A stretch of DNA of 63,972 nt, the filler included, from Dicyema japonicum (taxonomy: Eukaryota; Animalia; Dicyemida), in the NCBI GenBank assembly GCA_011109175.1. It is 5 parts of 5 records of this genome, joined end to end, with 100 filler letters (N's around TTAATTAATTAA, not from the genome) between each part and the next. Parts side by side here need not be neighbours in the genome. Positions count along the whole stretch, not along the records: positions 1 to 29,641 come from RDEW01000151.1; positions 29,742 to 34,577 come from RDEW01000224.1; positions 34,678 to 61,096 come from RDEW01000024.1; 2 more parts are not named here. One strand, given 5' to 3'. How positions within the stretch are numbered: position 1 is the stretch's first letter; each line of letters starts with the position of its first letter. The notes below the pieces were generated by a model. The model ran no database searches and had not been told where the DNA came from. It saw nothing but the letters and a program-made list of their open reading frames with translations. The position numbers and the translations under genes are program-made. Shown here piece by piece: positions 24,215 to 38,030 of this stretch.

Positions 24215-24400
24215 TTCGATACGAATGAACCATGGAACGCGCCGTCGTGACTGCAAAGATCGAGTAACACGACCGATACGTGCTTGTGTGGGATCGAGGG
24301 ATGAGCATCGGGCCAAGATGAAATTCCTGCTAGTGCGTGCAGAGATCAGACGATTAATTAGATTGTTTAACCGTGGACTCTGGTGTTGTTATTATTATCT
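24215..24400 (+). repeat. Repeat family B (probable LINE ORF2 C-terminus + 3' UTR), diverged copy
   Basis: RPIRACVGSRDEHR aligns with RPVRACVGTREEHR at about 34760; same ACCGTGG...GGTGTT tail. Confidence 0.55.
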
Positions 24401-26142
24401 CACTTCATTGACGTGGATCAAGATTTGTCAGGAATTGTATTCCCTAATTTTGATAAGACCTATAAATCCCTAACGGTTCTCAAAACATGAAGTGATCAAC
24501 ATCTGTTTCTAAAGAATTATTTATTTAGAAAATAATTAAGAAGGAAAGCAAAAAATTATCACTAATAAATATTAAAAATTTGGTTAATTTTAATGTTTTA
24601 GGGTGGTTAACCTATTTAGAAATATTACATCAGCTGTTGACATATATTTCTAGTAGAGTGTTGTGTCGTATTTTGTTATTGAATTCAATCTGGCAGTTAT
24701 CAAAATGGTAGACGCTTAATTATTTTGGTAACTTCTAATCAAGCTGTGTTCTTTCAATAACGAGAATTCTACGATTTTATATTTTCACATTCGAGTTACT
24801 GTCTTTATTTCCGAAATTCTTATTCAATAATCCAATACCATTTTAATCATTCCCTGTAACACAATATGGCGGACATCATTGTTATAACATAATGTTCACT
24901 GTAATTCCTTATATTAACAGAACATCCTTAATTTAGTCTAATATTGTTGCAGAATATTCTTGACTTTAATTATATGAATGCAACCATCATCAGAAAAAAT
25001 TTGTGATTGCTCCGAAATACTTGCGGTTTCAAACATCATTGTTATAACATAATGTTCACTGTAATTCTTTATATTAACAGAACATCCTTAATTTAGTCTA
25101 ATATTGTTGCAGAATATTCTTGTCTTTAATTATATGAATGCAACCATCATCAGAAAAAATTTGTGATTGCTCCGAAATACTTGCGGTTTCAAGTAATATA
25201 TGTAAAGAGTATTACTATTATTGGGTTGGTTTATAGATGTTAACTATAATAATTTCCAATTTCAAATCATTCAGCAGATCCTTCAAAAAAACCCATGGAC
25301 AGAAGAATCTCAATTTTTTGGATATCAAAATGACGTTAATTTCCATGACTCTTATATTCATCGTTAGAGTCATTAACTTGAATCTAATATTGTCATATTA
25401 GAATGATTACTATTGTTTGTAATGCTGCGAGATTTCTCAATGATTTTATTGACCTCGAAGATCACAAAAAGTTCCAAAAAATGTTATTATATATATTTTT
25501 CTGAATTTAAATTACCAGTACTGAATGCATAAGAGATTATTGTAATTCGAGTACCATGAGTTGTCATAAACTTTGACTTTAATTTTGTNNNNNNNNNNNN
25601 NNNNNNNNNNNNNNNNNNNNNNNNNNNNNNNNNNNNNNNNNNNNNNNNNNNNNNNNNNNNNNNNNNNNNNNNNNNNNNNNNNNNNNNNNNNNNNNNNNNN
25701 NNNNNNNNNNNNNNNNNNNNNNNNNNNNNNNNNNNNNNNNNNNNNNNNNNNNNNNNNNNNNNNNNNNNNNNNNNNNNNNNNNNNNNNNNNNNNNNNNNNN
25801 NNNNNNNNNNNNNNNNNNNNNNNNNNNNNNNNNNNNNNNNNNNNNNNNNNNNNNNNNNNNNNNNNNNNNNNNNNNNNNNNNNNNNNNNNNNNNNNNNNNN
25901 NNNNNNNNNNNNNNNNNNNNNNNNNNNNNNNNNNNNNNNNNNNNNNNNNNNNNNNNNNNNNNNNNNNNNNNNNNNNNNNNNNNNNNNNNNNNNNNNNNNN
26001 NNNNNNNNNNNNNNNNNNNNNNNNNNNNNNNNNNNNNNNNNNNNNNNNNNNNNNNNNNNNNNNNNNNNNNNNNNNNNNNNNNNNNNNNNNNNNNNNNNNN
26101 NNNNNNNNNNNNNNNNNNNNNNNNNNNNNNNNNNNNNNNNNA

Positions 26143-27262
26143 GAGGACTAATCTACGTCAGTATGAGTTTTTTTGGACTGTCATGTCGCCTTTTTTATGC
26201 TGAAGTTGTCTCCTTCTCCCAAGACTCCTTTTTATTCTACGGGATGCCCATGTTACGCCGAAAAAGACCTTCTATCGTTAATTGATATGGATATCCGGTC
26301 AACGATGGGGTCCATTCTTAATGTTTGTTTTGATGATTTCGGATGGTTACAGGCCTCACTCCCTGTAGCCTAGGTGTGTTGGGTCTTTCTCTTCCTTCGG
26401 ACCTTGCTTTGGGCGCATATTTATCTTCGTTCGGCTCGTCAAGGCGTTTAGTGGATACGGTCCTTCACTCTACTTCCGGACTAAACGTACCGCTGACGCC
26501 GTCGGGAGCCTGGGATGAATGGATGAATTTGTACCTGAATGCTCCGGCCAATTGTGATAAGCAAAAATCCTATTTGTTTTGTGTCTTCGAAAAGAAGAAA
26601 GAGTCCTTTGAAAAGACGGAAAATGTAAGAAGGCTTGCCTGCCTCAAAACAGCCAGTTGTCACTCGACGGGGGCCTGGATGAACGCTTACCTCGCTTCGT
26701 CTTGGTCTTAAATTGTCTGCCGAAAGAAAATGCCGCTGTGGACGTTGGATCGATCCTTTTGGTTATCATTCCTTGTCATGCGAGATGAGTGCGGGTCGTT
26801 TCCCCAGGCACTCCTGTCTTAACATGACATTAAATAATTCCCTTGCCTCTGCTGGACACCATTGCCTGTTAGAACCTGCTGGTCTTTCCCGAAACGATGG
26901 AAAACGCCCTGATGGGACAACGACTTTTCCATTCGCCAAGGGACGAAACATGATCTGGGACGCAACGTGTGTTGATACTTATTCCCTGTCTAATTTGGTT
27001 GCTTCTACTTCAGATCCAGGACATGCTTCAAAGCAGGCCGAGGAACGAAAGAGGAAGAAGTACCAGAGAATGGAGGAGTACCTTTTTGTTCCATTCGCGT
27101 TGGAAACGTCAGGAATCCTTGACCCCCAAGCATATGAGTTGGTTCGCAAGATAGACTCCATGATTCAAGCTGTGACCAAGGATCCGCGAGAGACTGGTTA
27201 GTTCCGAGAACGTATCTCGTTGGCTATTTTTGGCGGAAATAGCATGCCCATTCAGATGCCTT
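26143..27262 (+). mobile_element. CRE-clade element, 3' half (best preserved here)
   Basis: LSLPSDLALGAYLSS, STGAWMNA, CRCG, GRFPRHSCLN, LEPAGLSRNDGKRPDGTT.PF..G..MIWDATCVDT and FVPFALETSG. Confidence 0.9.
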
Positions 27263-27328
27263 AATTTAATTTTTATTCATTTTATATTAAAATTTCTTTC
27301 TTTAAAAAAAATAAATTAATTAATGAAT

Positions 27329-27734
27329 TTAGTGACTACTTTGTGCTTGATGAGAATTTTTCAATCCCTTTATTTCAGATTTCATGTTTGACAGACTTAG
27401 TTTCAAATATCCTCTATACACATTTTGTAATTTATTTCTTTTTTTAGTCAAAAAATCGGAGACTGCATTAAATCCTCTTTCATCTAGATATGTTGAAGGA
27501 AATGTTATTATAAGTGTGTAGATTTCATTCCACAATTGAGGATATTTTTTTATGAGTAATCCAGAATTGTTGATATCGAAATATGCTAAATATGACTTTA
27601 TTTTCAAAGCTACATTTCAGATTTAACAAATTTTCTGTTATTTCTTGATATATATTAACGTTTTTAACTTCAATTAAATTTTCTAAATTTTTAAAGCGAA
27701 TTTTCATGTCGTCCTTTAACTTTTTTAAATGCAA
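27329..27734 (-). mobile_element. hAT (Buster/ZBED8-like) transposase C-terminal fragment
   Basis: KYPQLW...FPSTYLDERGFNAV..LTKKRNKL...GYLKLSLSN...HQAQSSH*. Confidence 0.85.
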
Positions 27735-28135
27735 ACAATAACTGTCGGCCGTAGCAGACGGGACGGGAAACGACCAGATGGGATATCAATATTCCCTTTT
27801 GAAGTCGAGAAACTTTTTGTCTGAGACGTTACCTGCACCGACAAATTTGCCTTTTGCAACCTATTCGAGAGTGCCTCTGGAGACTGTTCTGCCGCTGAGA
27901 AGGCCGAGAAGATGAAACGGGAAAAGTACGCGGTCCTACCCAAGGATTTTTTTGTTTGCTCCACTTGCCGTTGAGACGTCTGGTTCCCTTGCGCCTGTGA
28001 CGCTGGAATTCTTGAGTCGTCTCGGGAATTGGATCGCTACATAAATAGGAGACCCTCGTGAGCTCTGCTGGCTATTTGAGCGAATCTTGCTCTCTATCCT
28101 GAGAGGGTATAGCCATGATTCTGGGCAGCCTCTAT
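27735..28135 (+). mobile_element. CRE-clade RLE 3' fragment abutting the hAT remnant
   Basis: RRDGKRPDGISIFPF, DVTCTD, FAPLAVETSG and ELCWLFERI. Confidence 0.85.
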
Positions 28136-28974
28136 ATAACCGTTTATTCTATTTTCATTCTTCAATAAAATTTAAAATATATAAAAAAAACAATAATATT
28201 CACAGTTTGAATCCGTTGATTTTCAACCTAATAAATATTATTACGAATTATAAACCCCAAAATTTTTACGACTAGAAAAATTAATAAAAATCTTTTTTTT
28301 AATATTGTTCTCAAAAAGCAATAATTTCTCATAAAGATCAGATTTTTTGTTTCTAGTTAAATATCATCCCTTAAATCCATAAAAGAAAAAGTAATGACCA
28401 TGCGTAAAAATAAATAAAATATTTCAGCTACAAGATTTAATTTCAGCATTTATAGAATCGCTTGATGTGTCTTTCCTCTGGAACTTGGTGTATATTGACA
28501 ATCCGTTTTGGTGAATTCAGTTCCGATCAATGCAATGAATCCATAATCTTTCATCCAGATGGAGTAAATCGCTTTCGAGAATTTTGTTCTGTCAAAAAAC
28601 TTCATAGAATTTGATTTTTCACTTTTACAGTTTAAACATTAGATATTTGTTCAAATATTGTCTGCAAAGAGTGGTCTTGTTTCGTTGTTTCCTCTAAGAA
28701 TTGGGAGTTTTTTCTAACTGACAGTGTAATGGATTCAAGGTTGAGGTTATCCACGGTGTGGATGTGTTCATCCAAAATTGTTTAAAGAGCCATTTTGTAC
28801 TGTAATTTTTGCATGTTGCAAGCTTTAGATCGGGTAAAGGGCGTTCCTATTCTTTTTCGTTTTTAAACCACGTTGCTAACTAGGGAGGAAGATGAAAAGG
28901 AATTGCTGTACATTACTAACAGAATTTTCGATATCATCTGCATAATATGTCGATATCATCTGCATAAATCACTT

Positions 28975-29641
28975 CAGTTTAAGGTAGATCGCCAATTAAT
29001 AGTCTGAAGTCTCTGAGTGCCGCCTCCAGATATGTCACAAAAAGTGCCGGTGACAAGGAATCTCCCTGCGGTACCCCGAACGTTGTCTCGAATGAGACAG
29101 ACTTCAAATTTTCAAAACGTACACTTAGCTGCGTTGTTCCAAGTAATAGGCGGATCATTCTGACACTGTCCTCGTCAACCAACTTTTCCAAGATATCCAA
29201 AAGTCTTCCTCTGTGTATAGAGTCAAAGGCTTTGGACATGTCCATGCCAAGGATGCCAATAGCCCCCTTGTACTTTTGATGTGTTGCACAAAACCATCGA
29301 TGTCCCCAGAGCAAATCAGCTGTAGATCTCCCTTACCTGAATCCGCTTTGACCGTGAGAGCGAAAGTTCTCGATGTCAGATCCAATCCTGTTCAGCACTA
29401 TAAGTGATAGTGTCTTGCGTAGAGTTGTCAATAGTACGATGGGTCTTAAATTCGTTAAGGGGCCTTTGCTTTGCTTGGTTTTTGTATTGCAATTAGTGTG
29501 CCATTACCCACATCCAGTGGTGAGTTGTATTTGAATGTTTTGTTGTATATCTCAGTTAATAGTTCAGAGATCTCGGTCGGTGCATATTTGAGAAGTTCTG
29601 CATTTATGTTGTCAGAGCCAGCAGCTCTATTGTTGTTCAGT
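28975..29641 (-). mobile_element. RTE RT fragment
   Basis: RSTADLLWGHRW, GMDMSKAFDSIHRGRL and GVPQGDSLSPALFVTYLE. Confidence 0.88.
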
Positions 29642-30329
29642 NNNNNNNNNNNNNNNNNNNNNNNNNNNNNNNNNNNNNNNNNNNNTTAATTAATTAANNN
29701 NNNNNNNNNNNNNNNNNNNNNNNNNNNNNNNNNNNNNNNNNCAACCCTACTATTTCGATAATTACTCATTATCTATTAAAATATGGATTATAAATATGAA
29801 TCATACATTTGGAATGATTTTTGTTACCAAGCAATATGGTCTAATCAAATTCATTCATAAATAAATTCTAACATTTTAATGACCTTTCTTTAATAATTAA
29901 TTGAACAAATGAACACAAATATATATTCATAGTATATTTTATTAATGGTNCTCTTTCATAAAATTCATTCATAAATAAATTCTAACATTTTAATGACCTT
30001 TCTTTAATAATTAATTGAACAAATGAGCACAAATATATATTCATAGTATATTTTATTAATGGTTTCACTTTTACAATGAGAATCATTATTGAATTGTTTT
30101 TTACATTTTTCTGCCGATAATATTCTAACTTCACTATTCTGCTAACTTTACTAAAATTTTATTAATCAAACAATAAGTAATTCTTTTATAACGCCCGTCT
30201 AACTCAATCTTCACTTCTTGGGGCCAACCCCTATTGCCTTTATGGCGTGTTCGCTGCATACCCCAAATTCAAAGACTACCCTAAGTTCCTGTCATCTTCC
30301 TCATCAACAGACATCGATACTCCATGACT

Positions 30330-30590
30330 CTCCTCAGCTTGTATACTCTCTAAAGTCTTCCGTAACACTAGCGTCTGTATATAAACTTTGACCCTCTCTT
30401 GACCTTGAGGGTATCCAGGTAGCCTTTGAAGAATCTAAAGACAATTCCATCTTAATTGATGACCACAGGGATTATTTTCATTTTTGCGCAGTGGATAATC
30501 TCAAGTTCGTTGGCCAGTAGGTCACACTTGTGGAACTTTTCTAACTCGACTTGCTTGAGGAAGTTTTGTGAAGTGATCCCAAAACCCTAA
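30330..30590 (-). mobile_element. R4/Dong-like RLE C-terminal fragment
   Basis: GITSQNFLKQVELEKFHKCDLLANEL...KIIPVVI.*DGIV...YIQTLVLRKTLESI. Confidence 0.75.
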
Positions 30591-31019
30591 CCCTATTTTA
30601 TTTTAAACTTGTTAGTGAATATAATTTGAATAATCCATACAAATGAACAGCTAAATGGAACGGTAACATGGATATATATTCCGGGTATTACTATGACTAT
30701 AAAAAACGTGGTTGTGGTGTGGTTGATGTGACGATGGCTGGAAAAAATAGTTCAAAAAAGTTAGTTCAAAAAGATCGAAAAGTGCGACAGTAAAGGTTAG
30801 CAGTTCTCCACGAGCTACAGGAACTACTACTGTGAAAAGTTTGAAGAGGAGGTCAAGACAGTTTGAACATCCACATAAACTGAAAAGAAATGTTAGTGAA
30901 TTCCCAATCCCTAGGGAAGAGACATAGTGATATTTTGTTTATCTTGAAACAAAAATAAAAAGTTAATGATTTCAAGAGATCAACCCCGATCAACGACCCG
31001 GGCTTCTTATGACATAAGA

Positions 31020-31345
31020 CATTTATTAACCCCATACATCGAGAAAGAAGTAAATAACTAATTAAATGTATCCAGTTCCCACTGTTACAAAAACAGAGTC
31101 CTTCAACGTCATACAAGTCCATCCGGAACCAGCATAAAAGCTAAAAGACATCAAATCCTTGCAGTTGTGGAAACCCCTTCAGTATAGTAGGGGAGAGCAA
31201 ATAATCCTTCTTCGTGCCAGCCTTGCAATGGGCGCCACCTGAGACAAGTGGATAGCACTCTAGTAAGAAGGGGGGATGAACAGACAAAACAAAAAGAAAA
31301 CTTCAATCAATTAGATATGTAGCATCACATGGCGTGGCGTCACGT
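31020..31345 (-). mobile_element. Repeat family A, copy 2 (5' arm of the first helix deleted)
   Basis: Reverse complement matches the family A consensus; core at about 31201-31260. Confidence 0.75.
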
Positions 31346-31439
31346 GGCGAATAATAACGAGAAGATACAATTCCGTGGACGTTTTATGGAAGGAACTGCC
31401 TATTGTTAATGACAGTCTTGGAAGTGATGACAACTATCA

Positions 31440-31990
31440 GGGAATGGATGTCAATGCTCCAGGATATGACCACATATCAATGAAGCTTTCAAAAAGGGTC
31501 CGGATATTTTATTTTAAAATCTGCGATGTCGTTATAATGGATGTTTACGACTTTGCTACCTCCCTTTAATATGGAAGAAAGCTGTCGTGAGGATGATTCT
31601 AAAACGAAGGAAGTCAAAGAGAGATCCGGCAAGATACAGACCAATTAGCTTAATATGTTCTTTTGCGAAAGTGATTGAACATATCATTTTCACATAAAGA
31701 GGAGAATAACTTTCTGATTCCGGAGCAGTGGGGTTTTCGTCCGGGAAGAGAGTGTGCAGACTGTTTTTTTTCTACTGAATTCTGAAATCATGAAAGTTAG
31801 GGATAACAAAAAACGAATAAACTTATTATGTCTTGATATCTCGAAAGCATTCGACAGTGTATGACATGAAAGGTTGTTAAAGCAGCTTGTATCAGCATGT
31901 GTTTCGAGATATTTATTTGTTTGGCCAAGAAATTATTATCAAAAAAGACAATCTTTTGTGAAGGTGTGTGGAAATAAATCTCTCTGGTAA
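31440..31990 (+). mobile_element. CR1/L2/Jockey-like RT fragment
   Basis: APGYDHIS, YRPISLICSFAKVIEHII, QWGFRPGR and CLDISKAFDSV. Confidence 0.75.
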
Positions 31991-32744
31991 AAAATGATGC
32001 GCACTCCGAATAAGAAGTGTGAAAAATCTGGAAGACATACCTGTATTTAAGTTCTCCTTAAACAAGAAACTGAAGACTGTTTAAGCGAGGACTAAGACAA
32101 ANAAAGCATTCGACAGTGNTTGTTTAAACGAATTGTTGAGAGATTCCAGTCTTGAATGCACTAATAATGGAGACGTCGATTTTACTCGCCTAGTCAAGGC
32201 TTTATGCCTCGGAAGGTAGATAGTAAGATGCCAGATGGGAGTACTACAATATAAGAGTCTGACATGGGCACTTACCTTGAAAGATAGCACTATGAAGACG
32301 TCAAAGGGAAGAAAGATTGCATCCTAATGGAAAAATCTGAAACAGAATAGGCATTTATAACAAGTCATGTTCCAGCTAAGACAGTAGTGAAGAACACGGT
32401 AAAAAGCGGAACCCTGACTATTCATATGCTTATGGGTAACATGGAGTAGATTACCTAACCAACTATGAACGACTCTATCATAAAATATTTCACCCATCAA
32501 ATAGGGGGTTGTCTGATATTTGCTTTTGACATTGTTCGTAGTAGATCAACACTCCAAATGCAGCCAAATGCTTTATATAAAGACATGTGGGGAAATATAT
32601 AACTCCTGACATAGATCATCCACATACATAATGATCGTTTGTTAGACGTGTTTGGCAGGTGAGGTCTAATTTGGTTATACACTGAGTTTAAAAAATTTAA
32701 TAAATTTAGATTTATTTATCTTTTAAATTTATTTTTTAATTATA

Positions 32745-33310
32745 CATTTGCCAATAGCACCGATGCCGATGCGGGAAAACAGTCGATGTGAAAGGATTGC
32801 ACCCTTGTCCTGCAGAAGAAGCGCCGGAAGGGGACTACGTCATGCTGCTCAGAATGATGTGATCGTCAGAGCTCTGAAGGCTTCAGGCTTCCCAGCACAG
32901 CTTGAACCAGTGGGTCTTGATCGAGGAGATGGGAAGAGACATGACGGGATGACCCTTTTCCCCTTCACGTCTGGAAGATCTTTGGTCTGGGACGCAACTT
33001 GCATAGACACGTTCTCAAGCACGAACATTTTTAAATCGGTTCAGACACCTGGAGCAGCTGCTTTGATTGCGGAAAACCTAAAAAGTCAAGAAATATTCTT
33101 GCCTCGGGGATCGCTACCGATTTACTCCTGTTGCGACCGAATCATCGGGAGCCGTTGGTCCAATGACGGCTGAATTCTTGCAAGAACTCGGAGGATGCTT
33201 GCCAGAAAGAAAAGGGGTCAACGAGAAGGGTTATGGCTAAGACAAAAGATAGGAATAGCCATACTCCGAGGGAACGCGTTCGCAATCCACGCAGCAGGCT
33301 TCCTCAACTG
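32745..33310 (+). mobile_element. CRE-clade RLE 3' fragment (tail repeated at 33366-33620 after an n join)
   Basis: RHAAQNDVIVRALKASGFPAQLEPVGLDRGDGKRHDGMTLFPFTSGRSLVWDATCIDT. Confidence 0.9.
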
Positions 33311-33854
33311 ACATTTGTTTAATTGTTAAAAAAATTTTTTGTTTTAAAAAAAAAAAATTATAATNTGCTTCGACTGCAGAGAACCTAAAAATCAATAAAT
33401 ATTCTTGCCTCGGGGATCGCTACTGATTTACTCCTGTCGCGACCGAATCATCGGGAGCCGTTGGTCCAATGACGGCTGAGTTCTTGCGAGAACTCGGAGG
33501 ATTGCTTGCCAGAAAGAAAAGGGATCAACGAGAATGGTTATGGCTAAAACGAAAGATTGGAATAGCCATACTCCGAGGGAACTCGTTCGCAATCCACGCA
33601 GCAGGCTTCCTCAACTGACATTTGTTTAATTGTTAAAAAAAATTATTTTGTATAAAATGTATAAATTAAAAAAATAACAAAAAATTATTAAATATTTAAT
33701 ATCATCATTTCTTATGAAAATTAATTATTTTTGTGAAATAAATTTTTCTTTTTAATTATCCGCTTGTAATTATCCCATTTTTTAGTTTCTTTTACTAAGT
33801 TTTCTATATCCTTTTCTTTTTGAAAAGTGTAGATCTAAAAATTCAGTCTTAATG

Positions 33855-34372
33855 AGCAACCATAGACCGAAGACGCAGTTTCCCAATATTATACAAATTT
33901 TGCCTGTAGAACTCTTTATTCAAAAACAAAACATTTGCTCCAAGAGAATATAAAACTGTACTTTTAGGAAGGTTTGTCTCAACTATAGATTCAACTCCCT
34001 ATCAATTCAGGAAAGACAGTTACAATAGTATCCATTGGATTCAGGCTTTTCAAATGTAAGACTGCATCAAATTTATCGTCACTGATGTGAGTTTGGTTAG
34101 GGGAAAACACCCGTTCACTTATATTTTTACTTTTTCTAGTATTTCTGGTCAATTGATTTAAGGCATCTAATTTTAGAGTTTTTCTTACTGTTATACTCCT
34201 CTTTGCTGTATTTTCTAATTGCTCCAGCAGACACCAAGAAATTTGTAACGTCGTCTATATTCTCAAGTTCAGGAAACCACATTGCATTAGGCACATGCTT
34301 TGTTTCATTCATATTTGACAACATTAATACAGAATGAGAAAAAGAATACTCTGAGAATCTGAATACCTCCAA
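33855..34372 (-). pseudogene. Possible fragmented host gene, unknown product
   Basis: Three consecutive coding-like segments of 40-78 aa separated by stops or frame changes; no recognised domain. Confidence 0.2.
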
Positions 34373-34677
34373 AGCTGATATAACTCACATTTCCCATCAA
34401 TTATAAAATAAATCCAATCCGATTGGAAGACATCAAAGCTCACTACGTGACCTTCCCTTATATTAGTACCACCATTAACCTATAATAACAGTATCCTATC
34501 TTGGATTCGTTTTCATATAATTTTTCCTTCGGCCAGTTCTGAAAAAGCCTGTGATCTTGTAAAAAATTAATTTTTTGNNNNNNNNNNNNNNNNNNNNNNN
34601 NNNNNNNNNNNNNNNNNNNNNTTAATTAATTAANNNNNNNNNNNNNNNNNNNNNNNNNNNNNNNNNNNNNNNNNNNN

Positions 34678-34890
34678 AACCGGACCGACTACTCTGGAGG
34701 CCCTCATTAAACAAAACTCCGGCATGCGGGAAGGTGGCCCTGCAAATACAGTCAGCCGCCCTGTACGAGCTTGTGTGGGTACGAGGGAGGAGCACCGGGA
34801 AAGAATAAGAATTTTGGCGGAGCGCATCGGGATCACGTGATAGTTAGTTTTGGTTTTACCGTGGGCTTGGGTGTTAAATAAATAAATGAT
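34678..34890 (+). repeat. Repeat family B, longest copy, with (TAAA)n tail
   Basis: Frame NTVSRPVRACVGTREEHRERIRILAERIGIT*, then a short UTR ending GGTGTTAAATAAATAAAT. Tails recur at about 21610, 35150, 55880 and 62705. Confidence 0.65.
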
Positions 34891-36324
34891 TAAAATCATT
34901 AACCATGTGTGGGCCGATACCACGTACGGGCCGTGACATATTATAATAATTACTAGAGACTTATCTCATATTAATGCTATCGATTTTGAAGTAGTTAGTT
35001 GGCCAGTGGTTAATGTTGTTAGGTACTCACTATGAGTGAATGCTAAGATTGGGTATTATACAAACCCCCGATAGCAGAAGATTTTCACTATACTGCAGAA
35101 GGGTGTCATAAGTTATCGTTTTAACGTCATGGTTTATCAACGCATCCAGATAACGTGATAATTAGTTTGTCTTACCATGGTTTTGGGGTTTTAAATAAAT
35201 AACCATCGAGATACGGACTCGAAATAAACCAGTCTAATGTGGATACTTGGTGACTATTTCGATCATTGAGCCGATCCAACGGGCCAGAATCTACCACGAT
35301 CGTCGCTTATGTGCTAAAGAATCCTGATGTCTCAACATCAAATGTGATAAATATAAGATTTTAACTCTAATATCCCAAAAAATCTAAGATATGGATAGAA
35401 ACCCTTTTTATGAAGAATAGTATAAAATTCTGCAAAGTCTATCATCAAAAAATGTTGTATTGATTTTACACAAGGCGCTCCGAGTCTAGAAACTCAACTG
35501 TATAACGTTAAGTCGACTAAAAATGATAATTGACTTTCAGGATTTCATTACTGAAATTGAAATTATATTTGATGATCAATGTTTGAAATTGGGACTACGT
35601 GGTCTAGTTTCCAGAATAGAAGAGGTCGAAAAATTAATTCTCTTTAATCCTTTCACCAGATCTACTCTCCATTTTCTTCATGTGCTAATCGTGGGACCTC
35701 CGACTGCCCGGAAGTGTTTGCGCTTGAACCTTCAGGGAAAATAGATGGGGACGGATTTTTGAAAAAATCGCCAATAATAAAAATAATTAATTTTTCTATA
35801 CGTGACCGTTCAAGAAAAATCCGCGAGCATTCATTTTATTGACGACTTGCCATCATTTAAATGAGAACTTACTGAGTAATTAAAAACAAATTTCGCTACA
35901 AATCCTAACAAATAATCCAAATTGGTAAAAGTAGGTAAAGAGAGATGTTTTTAATATAAATAAATTGTGATGGAGAAATTCATAATTATAAAACAATGAG
36001 GAATAAATCCGTGGATGGCAAGAGAAATCTTTTTCTCAAGTTAGAGCATATAAGGTTTCTTCTTTCGTAGGAGCTAATTGTACAGAGATCATATCTTGAA
36101 ATAATAAAACTTTCTATCGTTAGAGCTACATCACCGCATAAATCTCTGGCTAACGACTACTTCGAAATTTATAATCTTTATTATAGAGATAATTTTCAAA
36201 TCATTATCATAATGTTAAAAAATGTATACTCCAATTTGTAATGGATAATAACACCTTTTATATTTTATTATGTAAGACATAGTAATCATTAGCTCTCATT
36301 GGAGACTTTTTGAACACGTCCTGA

Positions 36325-36560
36325 GGTTGGGCCCGATATTCCTTCCGAATATCGCAATGGAAGATTACTACTTTTCCAATGTAAAACGCTTTCGTGGAAG
36401 ACCGAGAACTACCCTCCCGGTCGTTCTACAAAACGATCTGAAAGCCGTGAAGAAAACATTGGCATCTGGTGACGATCTGGACTCTCTGAGGGACCTAGCA
36501 AAGAACAGAAGAGCTTGGAGCAACCTATCTAATTCTCTTATATTTTTTGCTGCGCATATA
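36325..36560 (+). mobile_element. RTE ORF C-terminal fragment
   Basis: PNIAMEDYY...RGRPRTTLPVVLQNDL...LRDLAKNRRAW. Confidence 0.8.
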
Positions 36561-37584
36561 AATATTATAGCTCTCGTGAAAGTNAAGAAAACATTGGCAT
36601 CTGGTGACGATCTGAACTCTCTGAGGGACCTAGCAAAGAACAGAAGAGCTTGGAGCAACCTATCTAATTTTCTTATATTTTTTGCTGCGCATATAAATAT
36701 TATGGCTCTCGTGAAAGTGCTAATAATAATAATAAGACACACCAAATATTACAATAATTCCACGAATTACACAAACAATATTTGTTTTTTAGATTTAAAT
36801 AGATATTTCTAATTGCATGAGAGTTGACAGTACTTCTTATAACTGTTTGTTGTAGTTTTTTTAATTTTTAAATTTGTTGTTGACTTGAATACGAAATTTC
36901 TTTCAAAATCACATCCGAGTGCCAAATATCGGTTATTATAAGTAACCATTTTCAGTAAATATTCTACTATTATCTGTTTTTAATAATCGCATTTTCATTT
37001 TTTTATTTTTATAGTTCCATAATTAGGAATTAATATAACTTTTTCACTGCAGTTATAATATCGTTAGTCGAAATTCTCGGAGTTTGGTAAACACATCTGT
37101 ATTATTAGAAAACAATTTTATTCCCCAATAAAAATAAAACTTATTATGTGGTGTAATGGAAAATAATTCTATATCATTTTTTCGTCCATTTAAGCTTACC
37201 GGTGAATGTTCAGGTAAGCTAAATTCAAATTTTGCGTCACTTAAATTTTCATTTCATTTTAATTAATAATAATGTGATTACATTATTTGCAAATGAATCC
37301 TTAGGGCCGTCTTACAGAGAATATTGAAGATAGAAACCAATTAGAAGTGATAAGTGTGTCTTCCGGACTACATGATGCCAGTGGAACTAGCATACGATCT
37401 CCTGTGTGAAATGTTCCTGCTCATCTGCTGTCCTTCAAAGCATTAATCACTGAGATTCGATCAGGTGACAGGATCAAGTGGATCTCAATTGTTGTCAACT
37501 CTGCGAAAAAAAGTTTCGGGAGTTCTTTTTGGTTGAGATGCCTCTTTTGCACATATGTCTGCAAAGGATTCAGAACAATTTAAT

Positions 37585-38030
37585 GACCTGACTATCTTAA
37601 CCTTCAATGTCAGAGGCGTGAATAACGTGGCTAAGAGGCAGCTTCTATTTTCCGATGTTGAGAAATATAGGGATTCTGTATGCTGCCTGCAGGGGACTAA
37701 AATAAAAAAATGGACTCGATGAATCACATGAAAATTACAGGTTACTACTGCTTCCCTTGGAATCGAGGCATTATGGACAAGGCTTTGCCATACACAAAGT
37801 CTATATTCCCAGAGTATATCGTTACTGGCAATCACAGAATCAGTGTCTTACAAATACGTACAAGATCAAGCAGAAATTCGGGGAGACTAATCACAATTGT
37901 CAACGTTTACGCACAGTGGACTTATCCTAAAAAATCCGGAAGAACATGACCTGTTCTACGAGAAATTGGGAATAACATTAACAGACCTCTGTTCATATTT
38001 ATTGTTTATTGCCGGGGACTGGAATGCGAA
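37585..38030 (+). mobile_element. RTE APE fragment
   Basis: LTFNVRGV, CCLQGTK, ITIVNVYA and AGDWNAK. Confidence 0.8.

Noticed and set aside
37475-37488. CAAGTGGATCTCAA identical to the hAT terminal sequence at 571-584
   Set aside because: It would face outward from a 37-kb span full of unrelated elements, and the match stops at 14 nt with no TSD. Treated as chance or an isolated remnant.
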